NCBI GenBank assembly: GCA_035498355.1
Contig: DATKAG010000263.1
Span: forward strand, 1-33,289
DNA length: 33,289 nucleotides
Reading direction: 5' to 3'
Source of the DNA: Myxococcales bacterium
GTDB taxonomy: Bacteria; Myxococcota; Myxococcia; Myxococcales; 40CM-4-68-19
This document shows, in pieces, positions 20,771 to 28,817 of this stretch (position 1 is its first letter; the number at the start of each line of letters is the position of its first letter). Under the pieces are notes generated by a model, which was not told where the DNA came from, did no database searches, and was given only the letters and a program-made list of their open reading frames with translations. A program made the position numbers and the translations under genes.

Positions 20771-21376
20771 GTGCACTGGCAGGGGCCGCGGTTCACTACC
20801 GGACCGCGCGGGGGGGACGTGCCCGGCGCGCTCGCACTGGGAATGTGGCTCCTCGCCGCTGCCGCGGGGGAGGGGGAGCCGGGGCTCCTGGAGACGCAGG
20901 AGGCCGCGGCCCGGGCGGCCGGGGGCTCCGCGGCCCAGGACGCGGCGAGGCTCCTGCGGGCGCGGACGGCCCACTGGGCGCCGCAGGTGCGGGGGCAGGC
21001 CATGGCGCGCGAGGACCAGAAGATGCGGGAGGGCGAGTTCCGCCTGGCGCCCCTGCGCGAGCTGGACGAGGGGGCGGGGCGGGTCTGGACGGTGACGCTG
21101 GTCTGGGACCTCTCGCAGGTGATCTTCGCCCGCGAGGAGACGCAGCTCGCGCTGGCGCAGGCCCAGCTCGCCCGGGCGCGGCGGGAGGCGGCCGATCGCG
21201 CTGCCCAGCTCTTCATCGACCGGCAGCGGGCGAAGGCGCTCTTCGTCGCCTCGCGCACGAGGGAGTCCTGCTACGCGCTGCTCCGGGCCACCGCGGCGCT
21301 GGCCGCTCTCACCGGCGGCCTGTTCCGCGACATCCTGGCCGGGGAAGAGGCGGCTTGCGCGGGGGCCGCGAAGTGA
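20771..21376 (+). CDS. Hypothetical secreted protein with a TolC/OEP-repeat-like helical segment
   Basis: Possible signal LALGMWLLAAAAG (alternative GTG start at 19 codons... see 20819). TVTLVWDLSQVIFAREETQLALAQAQLARARREAADRAAQLFIDRQRA resembles one outer-membrane-efflux-protein repeat. Stop overlaps the next start (GTGA). Confidence 0.5.
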   Translation: MHWQGPRFTTGPRGGDVPGALALGMWLLAAAAGEGEPGLLETQEAAARAAGGSAAQDAARLLRARTAHWAPQVRGQAMAREDQKMREGEFRLAPLRELDEGAGRVWTVTLVWDLSQVIFAREETQLALAQAQLARARREAADRAAQLFIDRQRAKALFVASRTRESCYALLRATAALAALTGGLFRDILAGEEAACAGAAK

Positions 21377-22896
21377 TCCGCGCCGCGCTCCTTCTGGCCT
21401 TGCTCGGCTGTGGTCCGAAGATCTCCGGCGCCGAGGTCGCGGCGGACGCCGGGCCGTCCCCGCCCACCGTCTCCGATCTCGACCCGGAGCCGGGAGTGGT
21501 TCCCGCCGGGGCCACGTTCACCGTCCGCTTCTCCGCCGCCATGGACGAGGGGCAGCTCCTGGCCGCCTCCGGGCGGAGCGAGACCGTGGCGCTGGCCGCG
21601 GAGGCCGACGCGGAGCGCGCGGCGGCGGCCATCGAGCACTCGCCGCTCTCCGCCCACGAGCGGGAGCTGCTGGTGCCCGCGGCCGCGACCATCGCCTCCG
21701 ACCGGCGCTCCGTCACCCTCGCTCCGGACCAGCCGCTCGCCGCCGGCGCCTGGGTGCTGCTGGTCTCGCCGCGGCTGAAGGACGAGGACGGGCGCAAGCT
21801 CTCCGGCGACGGGAGGAGGTTCGCCTTCCAGGTGGCCCAGCCCGCGCCCGCGGCCAGGCTGATCTCTCCTCCGCCCGGCGGAGAGGTCCCCTGGAACCTG
21901 GCGGTGGCGCGCGCCTTCGCTCCTTCCGGGCGGGTGGCGCTGCTCGGGCCCTCGGGCGAGGAGATCGCGGCGGCGGACGCCTCCGGCGCCGTGGCACTGC
22001 CGCTTCCCCTTCCGCTCGTCCCGGGAGCCGGGTACACGCTGGCGCTCGGCGGCAAGCCAGTCCCCGGACAGTCGTTCTCGGCCGCGGCCTGCGCGCGCGG
22101 CGCCGCCCCGGCCCTGCAGGGCGGGGCGGCCCGGCTGAGCGTGGGCGATACCTGGGTCGCGGTGCAGGTGGCGCTCGACTGGCCAGCGCTGCTGGAGGTG
22201 GAGGTGGAGGACGCGCGCGGCGCCGCCGTAGCCACTGAGGCGCCTGTCCTCTGCGCTCCGCCGCCCTGCGGTCCACCGGGCTTCGGCTGCCCTGGCTCCA
22301 TCCGCATCGAGGGCCTGCGCCCGGCGGAGGACTACGCACTGCGGATCACGGCCCGAGACGACTACGGCTTCACCGCCCGGCCCTCCCCGCAGGCCTTCAG
22401 CACGCTGGCCGCGCTCCCCCGGGTGCTCCTCTCCGAGGTGATGACCTCGGGCATCGACGGCGAGTACGCGGAGATCCTCAACCTGGGGCCGGGGGCGGCC
22501 GATCTGGAAACCCTGGCCCTGCAGGGGGCCGACGGGGTGGTGCGGCCGCTCCTGGGCAGCGCGCCGCCTTTGCCGGCGGTGCTCGCGCCGGGGAGCAGGG
22601 CGCTGGCGGTGGGGGCTTCCTTCGACGCCGGCCTCTATCCCGGGATCCCGCCGGGTACGCAAATCCTGCGGGCGGCGACCCAGCGCCTGCTCGGGCGAGG
22701 GCTCTCCGACGATGCGCAGGGGCCCTTCGCGCTCGTCTCGCAAGGCGCGTCTCCGGTTCCGCTGGCCGACTTCCCTGCTGGGGCGCCCCGCTGTCCCGCC
22801 GGGGTGAGCCTGCAACGCGACGAGGCGGCCCCGCCCGGTTCGCCCGCCGCCTGGATCTGCGGCCGCGGCGGCGGCACACCGGGGAGGGCGCCCTAG
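21373..22896 (+). CDS. Lipoprotein with Ig-like (SbsA/Big_5-type) domains and a C-terminal lamin-tail-domain (LTD)
   Basis: Lipobox LLLALLGCG. PTVSDLDPEPGVVPAGATFTVRFSAAMD is typical of SbsA-type Ig domains. RVLLSEVMTSGIDGEYAEILNLGPGAADLETLALQG matches the LTD N-terminal signature. Taken from the frame of the longer ORF 20602..22896. Confidence 0.7.
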   Translation: MIRAALLLALLGCGPKISGAEVAADAGPSPPTVSDLDPEPGVVPAGATFTVRFSAAMDEGQLLAASGRSETVALAAEADAERAAAAIEHSPLSAHERELLVPAAATIASDRRSVTLAPDQPLAAGAWVLLVSPRLKDEDGRKLSGDGRRFAFQVAQPAPAARLISPPPGGEVPWNLAVARAFAPSGRVALLGPSGEEIAAADASGAVALPLPLPLVPGAGYTLALGGKPVPGQSFSAAACARGAAPALQGGAARLSVGDTWVAVQVALDWPALLEVEVEDARGAAVATEAPVLCAPPPCGPPGFGCPGSIRIEGLRPAEDYALRITARDDYGFTARPSPQAFSTLAALPRVLLSEVMTSGIDGEYAEILNLGPGAADLETLALQGADGVVRPLLGSAPPLPAVLAPGSRALAVGASFDAGLYPGIPPGTQILRAATQRLLGRGLSDDAQGPFALVSQGASPVPLADFPAGAPRCPAGVSLQRDEAAPPGSPAAWICGRGGGTPGRAP

Positions 22897-22953
22897 TAGA
22901 CTGCCCCCGGGCGTGCTAGAGCGGACGGCCGCTTTTGCAGAGGGAGCAGCGAG

Positions 22954-23706
22954 ATGTCCGGCCACAACCGGTGGACGAAGATCAAGCGCAAGAAGGAAGC
23001 GATGGGCGCGAGCAAGGGCGCCCTGTTCACCAAGCTGATCCGCGAGGTCACCGTGGCCGCTCGCACCGGCGGCGGCGATCCGGATCACAACGCCCGCCTC
23101 CGGTCGGCCGTGCTGGCCGCGCGGGAGGCCAACATGCCAGCCGACAACATCACCCGGGCCATCAAGAAGGGGACGGGCGAGCTGGAGGGCGTGAACTACG
23201 AGGAGCTGACCTACGAAGGATACGGGCCGGGCGGGGTGGCCTTCGTGCTGGAGATCCTCACCGACAACAAGAACCGCACGGCGGGCGACGTGCGCGCCAT
23301 CTTCACCAAGGGGGGCGGGAGCATGGCGGCCTCCGGGGCGGTGGCGTTCCAGTTCGATCGCAAGGGCGTGATCCCGGTGAAGAAGGGCGCCAGCGAGGAG
23401 CAGGTGATGGAGATGGCCCTGGACGCGGGCGCGGAGGACGTGGTGCCCGACGGCGAGGGCGGCTTCGAGGTGCGCACCGACAGCGCCTCGCTCATGCCGG
23501 TGCACAAGGCGCTGGAGGCGAAGCTGCAAGTGGGAGCGCCGAAGCTGATGTTCCTCCCCAAGAGCACGGTGCAGATCACCGGGGAGACCGCCGAGAAGGT
23601 GCTCCGGCTGGTGGAGAACCTGGAAGAGAACGACGACGTGCAGCACGTGCACGCCAACTTCGAGATCTCCGACGAGGAGATGGCGGCGATCGAATCAAGG
23701 GCCTAG
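22954..23706 (+). CDS. yebC: YebC/PmpR-family transcriptional regulator
   Basis: MSGHNRWTKIKRKKEAMGASKGALFTKLIREVTVAAR is the hallmark YebC N-terminus. 250 aa. Confidence 0.95.
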   Translation: MSGHNRWTKIKRKKEAMGASKGALFTKLIREVTVAARTGGGDPDHNARLRSAVLAAREANMPADNITRAIKKGTGELEGVNYEELTYEGYGPGGVAFVLEILTDNKNRTAGDVRAIFTKGGGSMAASGAVAFQFDRKGVIPVKKGASEEQVMEMALDAGAEDVVPDGEGGFEVRTDSASLMPVHKALEAKLQVGAPKLMFLPKSTVQITGETAEKVLRLVENLEENDDVQHVHANFEISDEEMAAIESRA

Positions 23707-23727
23707 TTCGGCATAGAATGGTCTTTC

Positions 23728-24261
23728 GTGCGAGTCCTGGGGATCGATCCCGGTTCCAGATACTGCGGATTCGGCGTCGTGGAGGACGCGGGCGGCACGC
23801 GCGTCCGCCACCTGGCTCACGGGGTGCTGACCCTGGGGGAATCGCTCTCCATCGAGGAGCGGCTGCGCGTCCTGCACGAAGGCCTCTCCCGCGAGCTTGC
23901 GACGCACCGGCCGGGAGTGGTGGCGGTGGAGGACGTCTTCCACGCCCGGAACGCGCGCTCCGCGCTGGTGCTGGGGCAGGCGCGCGGGGTGGCGCTCCTG
24001 GCCGCCGCCCAGGCCGGGGTGCCGGTGCGCAGCTTCCCGCCCAGCGTGATCAAGCAGGCGGTGACCGGCACCGGCCGGGCGGAGAAGGAGCAGGTGGGGC
24101 GGATGGTGGCGGTGGTCCTGGGGATCGCCATCCGCGGCCGCCTGGACGCGACCGACGCGCTGGCCGCGGCCATCTGCGCCGTGCTCCGCGCCCAGGCCCC
24201 GGAGGTGGCCCGGCCGCGCGGCGACTGGCGGGCGGCGCTGGCCCGGAGGTACGCGAAGTGA
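23728..24261 (+). CDS. ruvC: Holliday junction resolvase RuvC
   Basis: VRVLGIDPGSRYCGFGVV (catalytic Asp), VAVEDVF, and LDATDALAAAIC at the C-terminus. GTG start. Confidence 0.95.
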   Translation: MRVLGIDPGSRYCGFGVVEDAGGTRVRHLAHGVLTLGESLSIEERLRVLHEGLSRELATHRPGVVAVEDVFHARNARSALVLGQARGVALLAAAQAGVPVRSFPPSVIKQAVTGTGRAEKEQVGRMVAVVLGIAIRGRLDATDALAAAICAVLRAQAPEVARPRGDWRAALARRYAK

Positions 24262-24863
24262 TCGCCCGCCTCTCCGGCACGGTGCTGGAAAAGGGCGGCG
24301 ACTGGGCGATCCTGGACGTCCAGGGAGTGGGCTACAAGGTCCACCTCTCCCTGCAGTCGCTGGGCGCGCTCCCGCCCGAAGGCTCCCGCGCCCAGCTCCG
24401 CTGCTACACCCACGTCCGCGAGGACGCGCTGCAGCTCTTCGGCTTCTGCACCGCCGAGGAGGAGGAGCTGTTCCACTTCCTCATCTCCGTCTCCCAGGTG
24501 GGGCCCAGGCTGGCCCTGAACATCCTCTCGGGAATGCCCGCGACCGAGCTGGCCTCCGCCATCCTCCACGGCGAGCTCGCCCGCCTGACGAAGATCTCCG
24601 GCGTGGGCAAGAAGACCGCCGAGCGGCTGGTGGTGGAGCTGAAGGACCGCATCCGCGAGAGCAGCCTCGCCGCCGCCCGCCCCTCCCGCCCCCCTCCCGC
24701 GCCGGCCCCCGACGCCGCCCTGCTCTCCGCCCTGGTCAACCTCGGCTACCGTCCGGCCGCCGCCGAGCGCACCGCCGAGACGGTGCACAGGAACCTCGGC
24801 TCCGGCGCGCCCCTCGAGGACCAGCTCCGTGAAGCGCTCCGCCTGATCGCGGGCGCGCCCTGA
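24258..24863 (+). CDS. ruvA: Holliday junction DNA helicase subunit RuvA
   Basis: VIARLSGTVLEK...VGYKV, then LFGF..EEEELFHFLISVSQVGPRLALNILS and the HhH ISGVGKKTAERLVVELKD. The GTG start overlaps the ruvC stop (GTGA). Confidence 0.95.
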   Translation: MIARLSGTVLEKGGDWAILDVQGVGYKVHLSLQSLGALPPEGSRAQLRCYTHVREDALQLFGFCTAEEEELFHFLISVSQVGPRLALNILSGMPATELASAILHGELARLTKISGVGKKTAERLVVELKDRIRESSLAAARPSRPPPAPAPDAALLSALVNLGYRPAAAERTAETVHRNLGSGAPLEDQLREALRLIAGAP

Positions 24864-24889
24864 GAGATCCGTATGGTGTCCCCGGATCC

Positions 24890-25165
24890 CTATTTGACCG
24901 TGAGCACGCCGGTCATCTCGGGGTGGAGCGTGCACTTGTAGGGGAAGGTGCCGCGCTTCGTCGCCTTCCAGCGGAAGGATTGGCCCGGCTGCAGATCCCT
25001 GGAGGCGAAGACGCGCTTGTCCTGGCGGACATTGTGGGGAACGACGTCGGCGTTCTTCCATTCCACCGTGTCCCCTCGCGCCACTTCCAGCTTCTTCGGG
25101 TCCCAGGCCACCCCGCGCCCCACGATCAGGTGCGTGGCCGCGGCGAGGAGGAGGAGCCGGATCAC
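24890..25165 (-). CDS. Small blue-copper protein (amicyanin/plastocyanin-like cupredoxin, 91 aa precursor)
   Basis: Type-1 Cu ligand pattern: His in VVPHNV and C-x2-H-x2-M in YKCTLHPEMTG (compare amicyanin CTPHPFM). Short signal [10 protein letters not shown]. The GTG start overlaps the upstream stop (GTGA). Confidence 0.8.
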   Translation of the reverse strand: MIRLLLLAAATHLIVGRGVAWDPKKLEVARGDTVEWKNADVVPHNVRQDKRVFASRDLQPGQSFRWKATKRGTFPYKCTLHPEMTGVLTVK

Positions 25166-25980
25166 CTGGAGAGCGCGTCCAGCAGGGAGGAGGCGTGGTC
25201 GAGGTGCTGCGCCACCACCGCCCGGACGCTCTGCAGGAGCGCCTTCAGCTCCGCGTTGCTCGCCTGGGGGATCAGCTTCTCGTCCAGCGCGCCCAGCACT
25301 TGCTGGTGGTAGGTCACCTCGTGCTCCGCGTAGGCGCGGTCGAAGGCCTTGCCCTTGAGCGGCTTCAGGCGGGCAAGGTTGTCCTGCCCGTCCTGGGCCA
25401 GCGCCCGGGAGACGTCGCTCTCCTCCGGCGTCACCCCCAGCTTCTTCGCCAGCGCCGCCGCCTGCTTGTTGGCCGAGGAGTGGTCGCGGACCATGTCGTT
25501 GGCGAACTTCCGCACCTGCGCGTTCTTCGTCTTCTTCTTCGCCACCTGGGCAGCGTCGATGTCCACCTTGTTCGCCGCCAGCGCGATGGCGGCGATCTGC
25601 GGATCGGTCAGGGAGGCGGCCGCGGCCGGCGCGCCCGCGTCGGCCTCCGCGGGAGTCCCTCCGTCCATCGCCTCGGCCGCGCCTGCCTTGGCGCCGGCGG
25701 CGGCCTCGCGCGCCGCATCGGCCGCCGTGACCGCCGCTCCGGAGACCGCTCCCACCGCCGCTCCGCCGGCGTCGACGATGGCCCGGCCCGCGTTCTCCAT
25801 GCCCTGCGCCACGGTGCCCGCCGCCGTCCCGGCCCCTTGGCCGATGTCCTTCGCCACGCTCCCGGCATCGGACGCCGCCGCGGCGGTGCCGCTGGCGCTG
25901 GACGTCTTGCAGGACGCGAACGCCGCCAGGGCGCAGAAGGACGCCGGCAGGAGGCCGCGAAAGAGGGGCTGGAAGCGCAT
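25162..25980 (-). CDS. DUF4142-domain lipoprotein with long Ala/Gly-rich linker
   Basis: Lipobox LAAFASC. About 110 aa of low-complexity Ala/Gly. C-terminal helical domain with [25 protein letters not shown] and [17 protein letters not shown], which matches my memory of DUF4142. Confidence 0.75.
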   Translation of the reverse strand: MRFQPLFRGLLPASFCALAAFASCKTSSASGTAAAASDAGSVAKDIGQGAGTAAGTVAQGMENAGRAIVDAGGAAVGAVSGAAVTAADAAREAAAGAKAGAAEAMDGGTPAEADAGAPAAAASLTDPQIAAIALAANKVDIDAAQVAKKKTKNAQVRKFANDMVRDHSSANKQAAALAKKLGVTPEESDVSRALAQDGQDNLARLKPLKGKAFDRAYAEHEVTYHQQVLGALDEKLIPQASNAELKALLQSVRAVVAQHLDHASSLLDALSR

Positions 25981-26108
25981 GTGTGCACACCTCGCGGGAA
26001 GGGGAATTCCCGCCGCGCCGCTCTAGCAGGCGAGAGGCGCGGCGAGCGATCCGCGGGCCCGCTCTGTTCACCAAGCAAACCTGTGCGCTGTGGTACGTTG
26101 GCCCCGGG

Positions 26109-27143
26109 ATGAGCGAAGAACTTTCCGGTGAACGTCCCATCGCCTCCTCGGCTTCCGGCGACGACGCGCGCTTCGACCTGACGCTCCGCCCGCGCAACTT
26201 CGCCGAGGTGGTGGGGCAGCGCCCGCTGATCGACAACCTCAAGGTCTTCGTCAAGGCCGCCGCCGCCCGCAAGGAACCGCTGGACCACGTCCTCTTCTGC
26301 GGCCCTCCCGGGCTGGGGAAGACCTCGCTGGCCCACGTGATCGCCAACGAGCTGGGGTCGCAGATCCACGTCACCAGCGGCCCCGCCCTGGAGCGGAAGG
26401 GCGACCTGGCGGGAATCTTGACGAATCTGGCCGAGAATGACGTTCTCTTCATCGACGAGATCCACCGGATGAACCCGGCGATCGAGGAGAACCTCTACCC
26501 CGCGATGGAGAGCTTCACGTTCGACATCGTCATCGGGGACGGCGCGGGCGCGCGGGCGCTGAAGCTGCCCCTGAAGAGGTTCACCCTCATCGGGGCCACC
26601 ACCCGCACCGGCCTGCTCACCGGTCCTCTGCGCGACCGCTTCGGAATCGTCAGCCGCCTCGATTACTACCCGGCCGAGGACCTGCAGGAGATCGTCCGCC
26701 GCTCCGCGCAGAAGCTCGCCGTCCGCCTGGAGGAGGGCGGGGCGAAGGAGATCGCCCGCCGCGCCCGGGGCACGCCGCGCATCGCCAACCGGCTCTTGCG
26801 GCGGGTGCGCGATTTCGCCGAGGTGGAGGGCGACGGCAAGGTGAGCAAGGCGGTGGCCGATCGCGCCCTGCAGCGCCTGGAGGTGGACGCCCAGGGGCTC
26901 GACTCCATGGACCGGAAGATCCTCGTCGCCCTGGTCGACAAGTTCGGGGGAGGGCCGGTGGGCCTGGAGACGCTGGCGGTGGCCACCGGCGAGCGCTCCG
27001 ACACGCTGGAGGACGTCTACGAGCCGTACCTGCTCACCGAGGGCTACCTGGCGCGCACCCCGCGCGGACGGGTCGCCACCCCGCGCGCCTTCGAGCACCT
27101 GGGGCGGCGGGCCCCGGCGGGCCTGCAGGGATCGTTGCTCTGA
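26109..27143 (+). CDS. ruvB: Holliday junction DNA helicase RuvB
   Basis: [12 protein letters not shown], Walker [12 protein letters not shown], Walker [27 protein letters not shown], and [18 protein letters not shown]. Confidence 0.95.
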   Translation: MSEELSGERPIASSASGDDARFDLTLRPRNFAEVVGQRPLIDNLKVFVKAAAARKEPLDHVLFCGPPGLGKTSLAHVIANELGSQIHVTSGPALERKGDLAGILTNLAENDVLFIDEIHRMNPAIEENLYPAMESFTFDIVIGDGAGARALKLPLKRFTLIGATTRTGLLTGPLRDRFGIVSRLDYYPAEDLQEIVRRSAQKLAVRLEEGGAKEIARRARGTPRIANRLLRRVRDFAEVEGDGKVSKAVADRALQRLEVDAQGLDSMDRKILVALVDKFGGGPVGLETLAVATGERSDTLEDVYEPYLLTEGYLARTPRGRVATPRAFEHLGRRAPAGLQGSLL

Positions 27144-28609
27144 TGGCCACCGCCCCCGACAGGCGCCCGTTCGCGCAGGACTTCTTCTTCGAGCTGATGC
27201 GCGACTCACAGCGGGTGCGCGGCGTCTACCTGGCCGAGCGCGAGCGCTGGGTGCGCAGCCTGCCGGTGAGCGGCCGGGAGGAGATCCTCTTCGAGCTGGA
27301 GATGCTCCTGCGGGGCATCGACCGCTTCTTCAACCTGCGCAACCTCTTCGGCGACCTTCAGCCGCCCCAGGAGCGCGACTGGCGCGAGGAGCTGAAGGCC
27401 ACCCGCGACGCCGTGCACCGCGCCGTCCACCTCTCCCGCAAGCTGATCGAGCAGGAGAAGGAGCAGGCGCTGCTCTTCCGCAGCTTCGTCGAGGGCTCCC
27501 TTTCCGACGACCGGGCCCGCACCCGCATGGGCTCGGAGATGCGCGAGCAGAGGACCCCGGAGGACTCGCTCTTCCTCCTCCGCAGCGGCCTGACGGCGCA
27601 CCAGGGGGTCCTCGATCACTTGCTGCGGGTGGACACCGCCCCCCAGTCCCTCTTCTTCGACGTGGGCCGGGCCCTGCAGCACGAGCTCTTCGTCTCCCGC
27701 TACTTCTGCCCGCCGGCGCCGCTGGAGTTCCGCGCGGAGTACGACCGGATCGGCTCCGTGCTCCTGCTCGAGGCTCTGCGCCTCCTCGACGACGAGAAGA
27801 AGCGCAAGGCCTTTGCCCTCGGCCTGCTCGCCTCCTTCCGCGCCCTGCGCGCGCTCCGCTACGTCCCTTCGCCGCCCATCCCCCACACCCGTCGGGTGCT
27901 GGTGGTGCTGGCCCTGGTGCGCAGCGAGCTGTTGGACCTGGTCGGCTACCTGGAGACGGACCTTCCCCGCCTCTCGCCTTCCGGGTCCGGGGCGGCAGCG
28001 GTTGCAGCGGCGGGCAAGGCTGCCGCGCAGAAGGTTCGCGACGTGCTGGCGGCGGTGCCGGCCCTGCTCGCCCAGCCCCTCACCGATCGCGCCCAGCTCG
28101 ACTTCCAGCGCGACAAGCTGGTGGAGGCGACCAAGGAGTGCGTCGGCATCCTCGCCAACGCCCTCGATCCGGCCATGGGCCATTACGCCCTTTTCGAGGA
28201 CGATTCGGCCCGCACCGACCAGAGCGAGCGGCTGCGCAAGGACCTGTGGATCTTCCGCGAGATGTGCCACTACACCGCCGCCTCGCTGGAGAAACCCGAC
28301 GCCACCCCCGAGGCCGCCGAGCCGCTGCGCCAGTACGCCACCGAGTTTCGCGACGTGGGCTACCAGCTGCTGCGACATTCCGATCGCGAGCTCTTCGACC
28401 GCTTCCTCGACCTGCTCGAGGGCTGGGCCGGCCGGCGCGGGGAGAGCCCGCAGATCCGCATGGCGCGCTTGCGCGACGACTGCCACCGATTCGCGGAGAT
28501 CCTCGACCGGGCCCTCGACCTGGTCTCCAGGCGCACCGAGCTGCAAAAGATTCCGATAGATGAGGCAATGTATCGGGAAGCGCTTGCCAAAGTGCAGAAG
28601 GGACGGTAA
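27143..28609 (+). CDS. Hypothetical 488-aa predicted all-helical cytoplasmic protein, no recognised domain
   Basis: The ATG shares one nt with the ruvB TGA (TGATG at 27141-27145). Strong GC3 bias in this frame. No TM segment or signal peptide. Leu/Arg/Glu/Asp-rich. Confidence 0.8.
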   Translation: MATAPDRRPFAQDFFFELMRDSQRVRGVYLAERERWVRSLPVSGREEILFELEMLLRGIDRFFNLRNLFGDLQPPQERDWREELKATRDAVHRAVHLSRKLIEQEKEQALLFRSFVEGSLSDDRARTRMGSEMREQRTPEDSLFLLRSGLTAHQGVLDHLLRVDTAPQSLFFDVGRALQHELFVSRYFCPPAPLEFRAEYDRIGSVLLLEALRLLDDEKKRKAFALGLLASFRALRALRYVPSPPIPHTRRVLVVLALVRSELLDLVGYLETDLPRLSPSGSGAAAVAAAGKAAAQKVRDVLAAVPALLAQPLTDRAQLDFQRDKLVEATKECVGILANALDPAMGHYALFEDDSARTDQSERLRKDLWIFREMCHYTAASLEKPDATPEAAEPLRQYATEFRDVGYQLLRHSDRELFDRFLDLLEGWAGRRGESPQIRMARLRDDCHRFAEILDRALDLVSRRTELQKIPIDEAMYREALAKVQKGR

Positions 28610-28626
28610 GGGAGGCGCCTGTTTAT

Positions 28627-28661
28627 CCTGCACTGCGACATGGGTGTCGCAGTGTGGCAGG
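28627..28661 (+). terminator. Hairpin 18 nt after the 488-aa ORF (possible terminator or leader element)
   Basis: CACTGCGAC (28631-28639), loop ATGGGT, then GTCGCAGTG (28646-28654). Extended by CCTG/CAGG with a 3-nt bulge. No U-tract. Confidence 0.4.
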
Positions 28662-28817
28662 TGCTGAACCACCGCCCGCGCCTGCCGGGCATGTGACCGA
28701 GCGCGCCATCACCGCAGAGTCACTACATTTCGCAGCTCGGGGGTCTCCCCCGGCACGGTTGTTGCTGAAGAGCCGCAGTTGCAGCTGCCGGACCCAACCG
28801 GAGGAGACGCGCACTTC

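Noticed and set aside
24866-24888. Hairpin GATCCG...CGGATC between ruvA and the cupredoxin gene as insertion scar or terminator
   Set aside because: The stem is only 6 bp with an 11-nt loop, and there is no matching repeat at the other end of the two-gene insert (25981-26108). That is too weak to call.
25981-26108. Possible LexA/SOS box upstream of ruvB (CTGTTCACC..., three CTGT repeats)
   Set aside because: It does not fit the E. coli CTGT-N8-ACAG box, the alphaproteobacterial GTTC-N7-GTTC box, or the Myxococcus-type CTRHAMRYBYGTTCAGS box as I remember them. Only a partial GTTCAC match is present.
28610-28817. SRP (4.5S) RNA or another known ncRNA in the lpxC upstream gap
   Set aside because: There is no conserved SRP domain IV sequence (GGAAG...AGCAGC context) and no other signature that I recognise. 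It is kept only as an unassigned structured leader.
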